This document shows, piece after piece, positions 1-12,354 of a stretch of DNA of 64,000 bases. Below the pieces are notes generated by a model. That model was not told the origin of the DNA and did not search any database. It was given only the letters and a program-made list of their open reading frames with translations. A program made the translations under genes and the position numbers. The first letter of the stretch is position 1; each line of letters begins with the position of its first letter. Source of the stretch: the human T2T-CHM13v2.0 reference genome, Homo sapiens; the NCBI RefSeq assembly GCF_009914755.1, contig NC_060925.1; one strand, written 5' to 3'.

Positions 1-110
1 CAAAGTTGAGCCCACTGAGGGTGAGAGGTGCAGGCTTGGGGGAAAGACGATGGGCCAGCTTTGGACATGTTGGGTTTAAGTTTTGAGGAGCCTGTGACCA
101 CCCAGGTCAT
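1..110 (-). mobile_element. L2 fragment
   Basis: ctttggacatgttgggtttaag...gagcctgtgac resembles the L2 antisense motif ttttggacatgttgagtttgagg. Confidence 0.55.
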
Positions 111-412
111 GGTGCCTACTGAACTCCTCCTTTATGCTCAGTTCTCAGGAGCCAGGAGATGCAGAGACATAGCCTCACCCAGCAGCTGACACTGTGCAGC
201 CAGGCAGACTTGCTGCCTTTTGGGCAAGCTGGCCATGCTGAGGAGCACTGATCATCCAAGAGTGAGGGAGTGGGGACTGCCCTGACCCTTTCTGGGTTGG
301 CAGAAGCCATTTAGTACCCCTGGCACTTCTACCACCTTGCCAGGGCCCCTGAATGGGTATGGTGATGCCAGTCTTCACTCAGCATCGTGGCAGTGACAGG
401 TGGCAAGGGCAT

Positions 413-604
413 AAGTTTGCTGGATATCATAGTACAGCAAGTGAAATTTGAATCTCAGATAAACAATAAACAAATAAATGTTCAGTATAAGTATGTTTCC
501 AAAATTGTGTGGGATACACTTATACTTAAAAAGTATTCATTGTTTACTAAATTCAAATTAACTGGGTTTGTCATATTTTTATTTGCTAAATCTAATGACT
601 CTAC
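413..604 (+). mobile_element. MER53 hAT-type MITE (palindromic)
   Basis: aaatttgaatctcagataaac...agtataagtatg...cacttatact...aaattcaaattaactggg...tttatttgctaaatct with internal inverted symmetry. Confidence 0.85.
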
Positions 605-763
605 AAGGGAGTGAAGCAAGGCTTACCTCCAGGAACTGATCCTACTAGGCACATAAAATTGCACTTGTGATAGTAGTAGCAACATAATTACTCGGGCAGC
701 CCAAGCTGGCACCTGTAGGCCCTGCCACATGCTCTCCTTATCCAAGGGAGTCTTATGAGCTGT

Positions 764-766
<3 letters not shown>

Positions 767-802
<36 letters not shown>
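767..802. repeat. (TG)18 microsatellite
   Basis: Perfect dinucleotide run. Confidence 0.98.
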
Positions 803-804
<2 letters not shown>

Positions 805-917
805 GGAGAGGGGGAAAGGAATACCAATCTTTAACTGAAGGGCACAGGCTTTGGCATCAACACACTAGTTGGCTCATAGCAGAACCCCAATAAATATTTG
901 AATAAAGAGATGGATGG

Positions 918-1090
918 ATAGATTCAAATTGCTGCTCCACAAGCAGAATGACTTTGAACAAGTTACTTATCTCTCCGTCTCAATTTCCTCATTAGTAAAA
1001 TGGGGACATTAAAACCTTCTTGCAGAAGTATTATGAAGACCAAATTTAAAATCTTGTGTGAAGTGTCAAGCACAGGCACTCAACAAATGT
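918..1090 (+). mobile_element. MIR
   Basis: tgactttgaacaagttactt...ctcaatttcctcattagtaaaatgggg core. Confidence 0.8.
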
Positions 1091-1769
1091 CCCATCCCTG
1101 CCCTGCCTCCCCTGGTCAGCCAGCTTGCATTCCCCCACCCTATCTACCTGTGGCCAACATGAACCAGGAGATTCTCATGGATATAGCATCCTTCTGTAGT
1201 TGCCACCCTGACTTTGGCCCATGAGCTGGGACAACTCAGGGACTGGGCCTGAAGTAGGAATAGAGATGTGCTGACTTCCACCATTTGATTTTATTTTTTT
1301 AATGTAGTGAGTAGAAGGTGGGGCAATCACAAGTGTTGTTCTCCCTAAGTGAGGATAAACTGTCTTTGTAAATTAATATCCATTGACTGACAAGCCTTCA
1401 CTCTCCATCCAAAGGCAGTTTCTGCAGGCCTTCTCAGTGAAGACAGCCACATACAGGCCACAACCTGTGCATTCACAGAGGTGAATTCTAACCAGACAAG
1501 AGGATATCCCACAGCTCTTTTTGCTGACAGCACTTGAGAAACTTCCAAACCACTCCCCAAGCCAAATGAGACCTGGGGTCCCACTGTTTCAGGTGTGCTG
1601 AGGAGGAGGAAGCAGGTGCATCCTTCAGGGCTTGGGTGTGATTTATCATTGTCATCAGCTTGCATTCATATTCCCTTTTCAATTCTACAGTACCTTCTGC
1701 AATGCTGCTTCCTGCTAGGTTCGTCACTACTCTTTTCCCCCAATCAACAGACTCACTTCTTATTCCAAG

Positions 1770-2135
1770 TCTGCATGTCTCTGCTCATTCCTCTGCTTGG
1801 AAATGCCCTGCCACAGCGCTGCTCCAAGGCCTCTTCTGAGTTCCAGCTAAGGCTGAGCAGCATCCTCTGACCTCTGAAGCCACACAGGGCCCTTACCAGT
1901 CTCAGAGTTCCCAAAGCAGGTGCATCTGCATCCTTCACCTGGGTCCCTTACTAAAATCTGGTTTGAGCTTACTAAGAAACTAGTTCCTCTGAATGCCTTG
2001 TCCCCTCAACCTGAATGGCAAGCTCTTGGAGGGAAAGGCAGAATGGGACGTTTCTTTCCTGTCCTTCTCAAGCCCGAGCCTGCACTGACCCAGGAGGAAG
2101 CACTCAATGGATGATTAGAGAATGGATGAAACAAT
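1770..2135 (+). mobile_element. L2 3' end fragments
   Basis: ttcctctgcttggaaatgccct; gaatggcaagctcttggaggg; GAATGGATGAA-type tail. Confidence 0.55.
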
Positions 2136-2399
2136 GGAGAGCCAGCACCAAGCATGTTCATTTGTCCCGAGAATTAGCATGGCTGCAAGCCTTATGGGGA
2201 GGCAATTAAACAGACAGGGATCCTGCCCTTCAGGGGTTTATAAACTAAGACAGACAAGATGACTCTGATAGAGAATGTAGAAGCATTCAGAGGAATGAGC
2301 AGGTGCTGGATAAACAGTTAAGTGTTTGCTTTATGTGGAAGTAAAGGGGCAAGCATATGTAGGGTGCTGGAAGAATAAAAAGGGAGTCTCAAATGTGAG

Positions 2400-2530
2400 C
2401 TCATTCATTTAGTCTTTCAACAAAGGCTTCTAAGTGCCTCCTCTGAACTCAGCTCCATGCTGCTAGCTGAGGATGTGCGGATGAATGAGTCTTGCTTCCT
2501 GCCCCTCAGGGCCTCACAATCGAAGTGAGT
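2400..2530 (-). mobile_element. L2 3' end
   Basis: tcattcatt...caacaaa...aagtgcctcct...cctgcccctcagggcctcacaatc. Confidence 0.6.
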
Positions 2531-3449
2531 AAACACTTCCCCTCATCCAGACAGAACAAGACAGCCTTCTTTGCAAGGTCAGATTTTAAGATCTGCTGGT
2601 ACGGGAGGGTAGAATTAGAAAGAACTGAGAGTGCAGGGCATTTTGGCATGCCAATCATAATAAAAAGCAATCAGTGTATAGTTATTACCGGTCGACAGAG
2701 CCACAAAAGATGCACCCAAAGAACAAGAAACTCAAAACAACAAAAAACCACATCGGAAGACTTGAAGTGGCTAAGTACATAGTGCCATCCACCTAGGAGG
2801 TGCTGGAGGCACTGATGCCTAAACTTCCCCTTCACCCTCTCACTGCAGGGCCCAGCACTGTGGAATAATAGTGCTGTGTGCCTCAACTCTTCCCCATCCT
2901 GGTGGCAAAGAGGAAACAAGGGAGAAGGATATGGTGGTGCAGGGAACTGGGGGAGTGAGGGTCTAAAACCAGGTGCCCATTAAACAGGGCCTGTGTGTGC
3001 CCAGCTTGACCAGGGAGGAGATGCAAAGGGAGGAGTCCTACCTGGGGAAAAGTTAAAGGAAAAGGGAAAAGGGCCAAGGAAGTGTAGAAAGAAAGGCTGG
3101 GGATGCAGGGATGAATGCTCATTTTCTTTTCTTTTTACCATGAGATAGCTCCCCTCCTGAGCAATTCTGTTTAAAATGGAACAGAAAGACATAGCTCTGA
3201 ATGGCAGCTCTGGCGTGGAGCTGGACCCCTGGAAACCACAACCCAACTCCATCAAAGTCCATTCTTTATATTTGAGCTGAAAAGCCTCCCACCAGGCTTA
3301 AGCTGTCAATCTTGCCCTTCTCTACCCTGCAGCCCATCTCACTTCACTACATGCACATGTGCACATGAATGTGCACACACAGCACACATGCCCCATACTG
3401 GCCTTACTACATCACTCTGTGGGGTTAGGGGGAGCAGTATGTTGGAGAC

Positions 3450-3517
3450 CAGGGTGGCCAACCAACCCCTTTGCTAAACTGAGACAGTCCTGGGCCATCT
3501 AGACGCTTGTTCACCCT
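3450..3517 (+). mobile_element. MER81-like hAT MITE, internally deleted
   Basis: Termini AGGGTGGCCA...TGTTCACCCT and internal tgctaaactgagacagtcctgggc. Confidence 0.6.
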
Positions 3518-5569
3518 ACAGTAGCCTGACTCCTCCAGGCTCAAACAGCAATGTCCTAGCGCCAGGCCAGGTGGCCTCCCTGGGTAGTTCCTCCCCAGGT
3601 TCCCTCTGCCTTCTCAGTCCTGCTCCTCTTATGCATCCCTTGACAGAGAGGAGAGGACCAGGCCCCCCAGCATCAATCTGCTGGACTTCAGAAAACCTGT
3701 CCTGCTGTGATGGATTTTTTAATTGGATTGTGACAAACATTTAATACCTAATAGAGCTCTTACCCGCACAGCTAATTAAGAATGTGACTAATCTAATTTA
3801 GTGGGAGTGCAGAAAAAAAGAAGGAAAAGCCAGGAGAAGGGGGAGCAGGATTTGGGGAGATGGGGGTGGCTGGAGTTGCAAAATGACTATTGAGCTTATT
3901 TTTTGTTCAGGGTGAGGTGGGGACTCTGACATATAATGTAGAAAGATTGCATTAAGTTTGCAAGACAGGAGCAAAATGTTGGCAAGTTGCAGAGCAGCCA
4001 GGCAGACAAGGACCTCTCTTAGCTTCTCACTCTGTCCCATTGTGCATATCGGCTTGTCGCCGCTGGCTTGTTAGCAATGCCTGAATGAACGGGCTTTGTG
4101 GATCCTCTAAAGCTCTATGGATAACGGCTGAGTATTACAAGCCTCGTTACTGAACCTGCCTCACAGAGGGTAGCACGGCTTGGCACTGCCAACCCAGAGC
4201 CAGTGGGCCCCGTAACCCTTTGTGGAACCCCACTGTCATGGCAGACAGCAGTGTGAACACAAATATTGCATTCATGACTCCCCTTAACCACACAGGTGCA
4301 TGCACACACAATCGCATTGTGTGAGTGTGCAGTGTATACATGCTCCATAAGTGTATGCTGTACACTTCAAGCATGCAGGTATCATGGTGGTTCCACACAG
4401 CAGAAATGCATGCAGAAGCATGTAAGGTGTACACACAGATGGAGTTACCAGCAGAGTAATGCACATGGGGCATATCTGCACATCCTTCATAGGTACATGA
4501 CCTGAACATAGGACCCCTTCTGTCTACGAGAAAAGTTTATCTCTTCCTTAGCCTTGCTGCTACCTAAGCAGGAACCTCCCACTCTCCCCCTGAGGTCTAA
4601 GTGTCTGCTTTCTGGGTGGGATGGGGCATAGCTATTAGACAGCTGTCACTTTCATTCTGGCAGGTAGCTCCATGTACAGGGGTGGGGAGGGGGCTTCTGG
4701 GAGGACGCTGGGCTGGTGTTCTGTGACTCTAGGCAATGAAAGATGCCCTGGAAACACTGGATTCTGTCAACATCACACCTGATTGTGGGGAGGATGTGAA
4801 AGGGAGGGCTCAGTGTCAGGGTTACCTTTCAAAGGGAGTGGTGGGGGGAAATATTAATCCATAATATGCATGGTGCCATAGTAACTGCTGGGGAAGAAGA
4901 ACTATTTTGAGTTTCTCTGTGTTGCAGCACAGTGCAGGCACTGCACTGAGCTTTACAAATGTACAGCTTTCATATTCTGATCTTTAATGGCAGGTGATAA
5001 GATTAGGGCAAGAAAGCTGCGATTTAACAGTTTCCAGGCACTTGATATCTCACCAGAGCTCAGCTACCAGTTGTCTGCATTAATCCCCAAGGCAAACCTG
5101 AGAGGCAGGTGGGTGGAATTGAGCTACCTTTTATCTCAGAAAAGGGAAAAGCCAAACCCCTTGAACATCAGTTTCTGGAGGGCAAGAGGGCTCTTTCCCC
5201 AGCGTGCACCTCACCACCTCCATACTCAGCTCCGAGCCAACTGAAGCCCTCACTTTAACTGTCCCTCCAGAGAAAGGCCAGGGCACCTCCCAGCTAACCT
5301 GGTGAGTGTTGAGACCAGCAAGCGGAGCAGGCCATGCAGACCTGGCTGTGTGTGCAGAGTTGGGACAGCTGGCAGAACTCTCATTGGAACTGAAACAAAG
5401 GACAAGTCTCCCAATAGGACTGAAAAGAGATTGGGGATGAGGATCACAGCTGGAAAGGCCAGAAGACTCACCAGCAACAACCAAAAATGCTAGAAAAGAG
5501 GAAAAGCAGCCAGAAAGGGAAAAAATCCTATTTCTCCCTTCCTTCTACACTTGTCTACTCCTAGTCGAT

Positions 5570-5930
5570 AATTATTCCTTACGTTGGTATGGGCATTTAC
5601 TATTCTCAGAAGCTTTCACATATATGGAACTCTTGAATACAAATGCCACAAAGAACCACGGGACTCTCCTGCACACAGAGCTAGTTAGAAGTGGAGCTAC
5701 AAGAAGAACCCAGGACTCCTCGATCTCAAACAAGAGCTAGCTCCTCTACACAGGACCTCACTTAACCCTCCTGCGACACTGGGAGGAGGCAAGCATTGTT
5801 CCCATTTTCCAGGTGAGAGGACTGGGGCTCAGAGGGTAAGTGACCAGTCACACCTGAGCCCACTCAGAAAAGAAGTAGCCGAGATAGGATTTGGGGTTAA
5901 GTGTATGCAATCCCAGGGGAATGCTTTTTC
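5570..5930 (-). mobile_element. Two MIR fragments
   Basis: cacagagctagttagaagtggagc...gaacccagg; cccattttccaggtgagaggactggggctcagagggtaagtgac. Confidence 0.7.
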
Positions 5931-6544
5931 TACTTCTCCCTTGCTGGGCTACTGTTCATTGGCAAGAAGTATTAAGAGAGGCTGAAGAAAGAAGGGCTGG
6001 CATATAACTGGAACATAACTGCACTGCTGTTCCTTAACTGCCAGATGGCATGCTGTGCTGGCATGCAAAACTGAGGGGAGTATGTCAATAGTTGTAACCA
6101 GAGTGCATTCAGTGAGGATTTCCTGGGTGTCTTCTTCTACCTCTACCTCCCCTTTGGCCTCTAAGCAACTTTCTTAGATTTCCCTCCATTGCCTCCTAGT
6201 GTTTCTGCTCCTGGGCACTGCTGTCTCTCTTTGGTTGGTGGAGGCAAAGTGATCCTCTGTTATTTTGTGACTTTGCTTTCTGGAAGTAGCCACAGGAGGG
6301 AGAAGTCATCCTCACGAGGGACTCTCCCATCAGAGCACATCACTCCCTCCCAGGGCTGGGCACCAAAGCAGAGACCCTTTCACAACAACATCGACAACAT
6401 TGCAGGCCTTTCTCTGCATTAGAAAACCTCTTAGCAATTGCTTCCGTAACAACTCTTTCCCAGGAGGAAAAGCCAAGACAGGCAGGGAGGAGAAGAAGAT
6501 GGAGAGAAGGTACAAGGAGAGGCAGAGTTGTGGCAATGGCAGGC

Positions 6545-6735
6545 TCAGGCTAGAACAAAGCCGTGTTTACCACTTCCTGGTGCAGTGACCTTAGCCAAGG
6601 CAGTACACATTTTGAACTTCATCTATTAACTGGGAATTAAAAATCTCTGCACACCTCGCTGGATTCTAAATAATAGACAGGAAAGAGGTTTGAAAACGGC
6701 AAAGGGCTACCGAAATGAAAGGTGTTTTTATTAAG
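6545..6735 (+). mobile_element. MIR
   Basis: ccacttcctgg...gtgaccttagccaagg...ttcatctattaactgggaatt. Confidence 0.55.
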
Positions 6736-7194
6736 TAGAGAAGAAGGAAGATCAAGAGTGACAGAGAGAGGAAAGAGAAGCCAGGGGGCTAGGAGTAAGT
6801 GCCAGCAGGAATGAGTGCTTTCCCACCGAGAAGTGCATTAGGCACTGTCAAATGTTCATTCTGTTCTAGACAATCATAAAGAAAAAGCTGTTCCTAATGG
6901 GCATCAATTATAAGACTTAAGAGTTTGTGGCACCTGTGATTGGGTTATATCATAGCAATTCTTTTCATTATTTCCCCAGCCCCAGCCTGGTACACAAAAT
7001 TTCCCATTTCTTACCCTCAGCCATCCTAGAAACAGCATCCCTTCCTAAGGATGAGGGAGGTGGCATTGAGTCCCCCATGGAAGGTGGGCTGGGGTGGAAT
7101 GATGGAATTTTGTGCTCCCCAGACATAGGTCTGCCTAGTGGGTGGGTAGACGGGGCACGTGTTAAACACGCAGGTTCCCTTGCCCTACCCTGTA

Positions 7195-7275
7195 CCCACT
7201 GAATTCACATCTCCAGAGGACGGCCCTGGCATCTGTATTTTTTTAAAATACACAGCCACTTTTGAAAACCACCAC
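7195..7275. mobile_element. MER5-family fragment
   Basis: actgaattcacatctcc...ggccctggcatctgtatttttttaa...tttgaaaaccac. Confidence 0.55.
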
Positions 7276-8227
7276 TTTATCTCATGCCCTCCCAGTCACA
7301 TGGGCCAGTCTGCAGGCTTAGCTGCCTTCTCGTCACCCCTCATTTCACAGAAAGGGGTCTCCTCTGGAAGACACAGTGCTGAGATAATCCTGACTCCCTG
7401 CCCTGCCCACCTCCCCTGTCTGCTTCCTCTGGCCAGATATCCTTCCTCTGACTCAGAGTCCAGGGAGCTGTATCTGGGAGTGGGCTAGCTTGCAGCTTCA
7501 GGGCATTGACCAAAGAGAGATCTCAAAGACAAAGTCCAGAGGCAGAGGTGACATTGACAGCTAAATAAGCAAAACAAAGAGCCTAAAACCAAAGGGCTTG
7601 GCAGAGACAGGAAGACCAAGTGGGAAGGCATAGTGGTCAGGGAGGAGAGATAGAGAATCCCTGGGGCCTGTGGCCCTGCCCTTCTGGGAAGGCAGAGAGA
7701 CTAGGAGATATCCTTCAGGCAAGATCATCTGCATCATCAGAGTACAAGTGGAAAGCTGTGGTCAGTTGGGGTGACTGGCTATGCTCCCTGCCATTTCTAG
7801 AGAGCAATTGGGTTCTGCCCTGCTTCCAAACCTATGTCTGTCCACACTGCCGGGGAATCTCTGAGTCAGGTGGGCACAGTTCTGTCAGAAGTGGGACAAA
7901 CAGTTCACATAAAGCAGCTTCTGACTTGCGGGAGGGCTTAAGAAAAGATGTTCCAGTGAATTCTCTATATTTTACTATTGATAAAGTTTACCCTTAGGGG
8001 TCAGGGTAAAGTACAGGAGGGCTTTTTGCAATCTTGCTTGGATGGCCCTAGCGGGTGCTTCGGAGCAAAGCTGCAACATCACTCAGGCTCTGCTTTCCCT
8101 CTCTGAAGCTTGCTAGACTTTATACATCCTCCTTGTGCCACGGGGCAGGCTCCTGGGCCAGACAGCTGGGGCACCAGTGAGAGATGTCCAAATTTCCAGC
8201 CAGATGCAAGCCCTCTGGGCCATAGAC

Positions 8228-8530
8228 CATATTTACTGAACACCTACTGAGTGCTTGATGCTAAAGTAGCAGCTAGAGGAGGGAGAGAGACAACATTAAT
8301 AGAAGACATGATCCCTGTGTTCAAAATACCTACAGTTCAATTGGATATGCAAAATGTCTAGTATGTGTCCACTCTATTATGAGATGCTATCTGCCTAGCC
8401 ACAAAGATTATATCACAGACCATTACCAGCAAGCTACAAAAGACAAGCTACTGAGGAAAGGAGGGATTGGAGGGAGGCTGGAATAATCAAAGATTTCTTG
8501 GAAGAGGCCAGGCTTGAGCAGGTGTGAGGG
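8228..8530 (-). mobile_element. L2 3' region
   Basis: atatttactgaacacctact...agacatgatccctg...aagatttcttggaagagg. Confidence 0.6.
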
Positions 8531-9139
8531 ATGGGCCACTCAAGACTGTCCATGAGAAGGCCACAGGGGAGACCAAGAGCCTGCGTGGCTCCCTGCTATT
8601 AAAGCAACGTTCCAGAAGGCAGCGTGGAAGAGGAGAGAAGCCTGCAGAGAGGGAAAGGAAGGCCTAGATTCTGTTTGGCTCAAGTCATTCCATTGCTCTG
8701 ACTTCTGTTTCATCTGCCTGAATGATAGCAGTGCCAGTGAGATAATTCATGGTCACTGCCAGCCTATCAAGTCCAGAGGTCCTCCGAGTACTGTGCTTCT
8801 GTCTGCTGAGGGCCTCGAGGGAAGACAGAGCTTCCCCATGATCATGTAGCCTCCACCTAACTACAGCCTGGCCTTGGCTTTGAGAGGAGGCACTAGCTGA
8901 GAACCATGTACACCCCCAGCTGAAGCCAACAACCACCCAGCTGCTCCATCTGTATGCAGGGCACTCCCCAGCCCCAGAGTTTATAAATAAAGCAAAGAAG
9001 TCATTTTGTCCCAAGAGATCGCGATGTCTCTTGAAATACAGAGCTGTTCTTTCTTGTGCCTCTGTGGTTCCTGAGTTCATTGTTATTCTTTGGCAAGGAA
9101 CAGGGCTTGGATTGAACATGGTTCCCATCTGCAGCTGAG

Positions 9140-9490
9140 AGTCTCAGAAAAGGGAGAGGGGGCAGGGTGGGCAGGCAGAGACAGACAGAGATGCTCTTGG
9201 TTGAGCCCTAAAGTAATAAATGGGGCCACTAAAGGAACAAGAGAGGGAGACAAAAGAGAAGCATGGCAGAGAGGGAGTGAGAAAGGCGGGAGTGTGTTAA
9301 GATGGGAAAGGGGAAGTGAGAGAAAGAGATATTGACAGAGACATAGAGAAGAGATGCTGGCAGGATGACAGCTGAACCCTGTGTGCCATCGGAGTAGAGA
9401 GATGAGAGAAATCAGAAGGAGAAAAATACAGAGGCAGACAGCTTGAAGTGAAGCACGAAGGCTGGGGAAATGCAAGAGAGACAGAGACAG
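9140..9490. repeat. GA-rich low-complexity tract
   Basis: Purine-biased agagac/gagaga repeats. Confidence 0.6.
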
Positions 9491-9694
9491 AGCCTCAAGG
9501 GGTCAGAAAGCATGCTAAGGTACAAAAGAGGTGCAATAAGGGGTGGGGACAGGGCATGGGGGACTAACACAGAGATGACAGTGAGTTATAAAGGGGTGCT
9601 ATGAGCACGTGGGGTCTGAGTGTAAGGACTGAGTACCAGTGTGTCTACAAACAGGGCAGCATTGCCTGCCTTGCATTTGCCATGGTATAAAGAA

Positions 9695-9903
9695 GTCACT
9701 TTATGTGGTATTCAGAGTATTAACTCTGGACCAAGACTGTCTGGGTAGGAATCTTGGTGCTACCAGTTTCTAGTGGTGTGACATTGGGGAAGTTGGAACC
9801 ACTCTGAACCTCAGTTGTTTCCCCCTGTGCAAATGGGGATGATATTAGTGCTGCCTCTAGGATTGTATGAAAGCACCTAGAGCAGTGCCTGGCACATAGG
9901 AAG
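9695..9903 (+). mobile_element. MIR
   Basis: gtgtgacattggggaagtt...ctctgaacctcagtt...tgcaaatggggatgata...agcagtgcctggcacatag. Confidence 0.85.
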
Positions 9904-11104
9904 ACCCTTTGAGGGCTCCAGGTGCAGACAGGTTGGTGAGTACAAACAAATAAAAAGGGACAGGAAGAAGGGGGGCAGGGAGAAGCAAAGGCCAAGGGTG
10001 AGCCACCTTTTATTTACAAGTCTATTAATTTTAGTAGGCATGCTTTTCATTGTGAGTGATGGAGCTGAGGAGGAAAGAACAGCTCCCAACAATGCATCAG
10101 TGCAGGAGGCCACGTAAGGAAGCCCCAGCCCAGAAAGAGAAGGAGAAAGGAGACACAGGTCAAAGTCAAATAGACTCTAAAGCAGCGATGTGGAAGGCAA
10201 GACTGGCTTGCTGGGGATGCCAGTGGGACCCAGAGTTGCAGGAAGTCAAAGAGAACCAAGGGAAGAGCTGGCTTTCATGGCAAACTATGCTTGCAGCAAA
10301 GAGAGCAGGAGCGAGGAGTGTGGAGGAAGGCTCCATCTATAGGGAGGTGCTGCGACTTGCCCCATTGATCCTTCCATAAAGCCCAGGAAGAGAAAGTTAG
10401 ATTAAATCCGCCATCTCTCACTCAGCATGCTCCTTCCTGTCTCCTGCCCTCCAGGGATGGCTTGTGTTTTATTCTTCCTAAACTGATATGAGACTCTAGG
10501 AAATGATTTCCTCTGTAACCACGTCTCCACCTGTACAACAGTGGGAGCAGTGACACACTCCATAAGCAAGGTGCAGAGATGTCAGTGAGCAGAATCACAG
10601 ATTGAGCAACTGCAGAGGGAAGGGCTGGGAGCAGGAGTGGGGAGTGGGGTAGGGTAGAAGGAGAAAGGTGGGAATGGGCCAGAAGCTAGTTCTGTTGGCG
10701 TCTCCACCTGCCACCTGAAGCTGGCTTCATGCTCTCAGGGTGAAATGGGGGTCTGAAGGGAGGAAGGATAACTTCTCCTTCTGCCCCCCGACCCCCAAGA
10801 AAGGAGCTGCGACTCATGCAGGAGACACAGCCAGCTTGAGAGCAGTGCCTTGCAGAGTAGGTGATTCTCAGTAAATGGCACTTTGTCATCAGAGATGGTT
10901 CCTGAATCAGTTAAGAGCTCAACAGCATAAGGATGGTTTTAATCCTGAGAAAAATGCAGGCATCCAGTATCTTCAATCCCACATTTACTAAACCAGGCTC
11001 ATGGTGTTGGAATTGAGCCTGAAGTAACAAACATAAGGACCCTCTGAAAAAGTTACAATGTATTAATTACTAACTGACTATGCTCACTTGTGGTCATGGA
11101 TATT

Positions 11105-11305
11105 ATAATCATAGCTATCACTTACTGTGAGCTTCCCCGGGCCCAGGTGCTTACATGCATAAGCTCCTAAATCCTCACAATGACTCTATGGAGTGGGGGT
11201 GACGATTCTTGTGTTCTAGGCAGAGACGCCGCTCAGAGAGGCGAGTACCTTTTACAGTCAGACAGTCAGGGTGCAGCCTCCAGAGCCTCCACTCTTTCCA
11301 TATCT
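11105..11305 (-). mobile_element. MIR
   Basis: atagctatcacttactgtgagc...aatcctcacaatgactctatg...gctcagagagg. Confidence 0.7.
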
Positions 11306-12186
11306 AAATCTACCACAGGTTCTCTTAAGGAGTGTGGATTTTTTTTCATTTCACATTCTACTTTATATTCAGTCCACTGGAAGTCCTGACTCCCACCATC
11401 TTCTGCCCTTGTGGGATGGAATGCTGGGCTCAGCTGAGACCATCCTTATGATCACGCCTTATGATTATGGCATAATCCCAAGACTCTGATGGAGAGGACT
11501 AGCCTTCTGAAAGGTGCCTGCCCTGAGACGGATGTCAGTTCTGCTCCCTTCCTGCCTCGGTCATGGACTGCTTGGACTTCAGGTGGAAGCAGAACTGGGT
11601 TGTACCAAAGAACCTCCTCACAAATTCTTATGGTAATAAGAGGGGTGCAAGAGCATGGCACCCTTCACCCCTGGGACCCCACACGCACTCTACATGGGTG
11701 CTGGAATGGTGTGATTTCCCTTTTCAAACATCCAAAGCCTAAGATCTTACTCCTGCAGAAAGGAAGTATTCTATGTGTAGCTAGAGCCAGGAAAGTCCAC
11801 AAAATAGTGGGGCCGCCATTTCTTTTTGCAACAGGACTCAAACTACCCCTGGCCAGATATTCCCAGAAACAATGGGCGAGCTTGGGGGCAAGGATTGGCA
11901 CCAACTTGACTGTAGTCTGTGGGCCTGTGACAGTTCTTCCTGCTTCCCCTTTTCTCTCCCTGTCCACTTGAATGACTTTGTGCACTGGTCAAAAGATCCC
12001 AAGGAGGATCTGCTTAGAGCCAGCTTCCATGCCCTTCTCTCCTTACTAACTGTGCATGCACACACACACAACACACACACAGCTTATTTCCTTATGAGAT
12101 TAAAGACCTCACGGAGATCTAATCAAGAAAGATAACAAAGGCTTGTCCTAGAAAAATCATATTTTTCTTTCTTTCTGTCTTTACAG

Positions 12187-12354
12187 GCAGCAGGTGGTAA
12201 CATGTTACCAGTACTGATCAAATTTAGTCTGGATGTGACCAACCCTACAATCTCCAAGTCAGAGCTGCTTTTACTGGAACAATTTTTCTCAAGGAGTGAT
12301 TCCACCACCATCCTTCTCCAAAAAAGGCTCTGAAAACGTCTAAACTGACCAAGG
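12187..12354 (+). other. Candidate spliced (probably non-coding) exon
   Basis: Long polypyrimidine tract + TTACAG acceptor (12161-12186) and AGG|GTGAGT donor at 12355; 168 nt of non-repeat sequence. Confidence 0.4.

Noticed and set aside
413-604. Long palindrome as a novel structured RNA
   Set aside because: Explained by MER53 MITE symmetry
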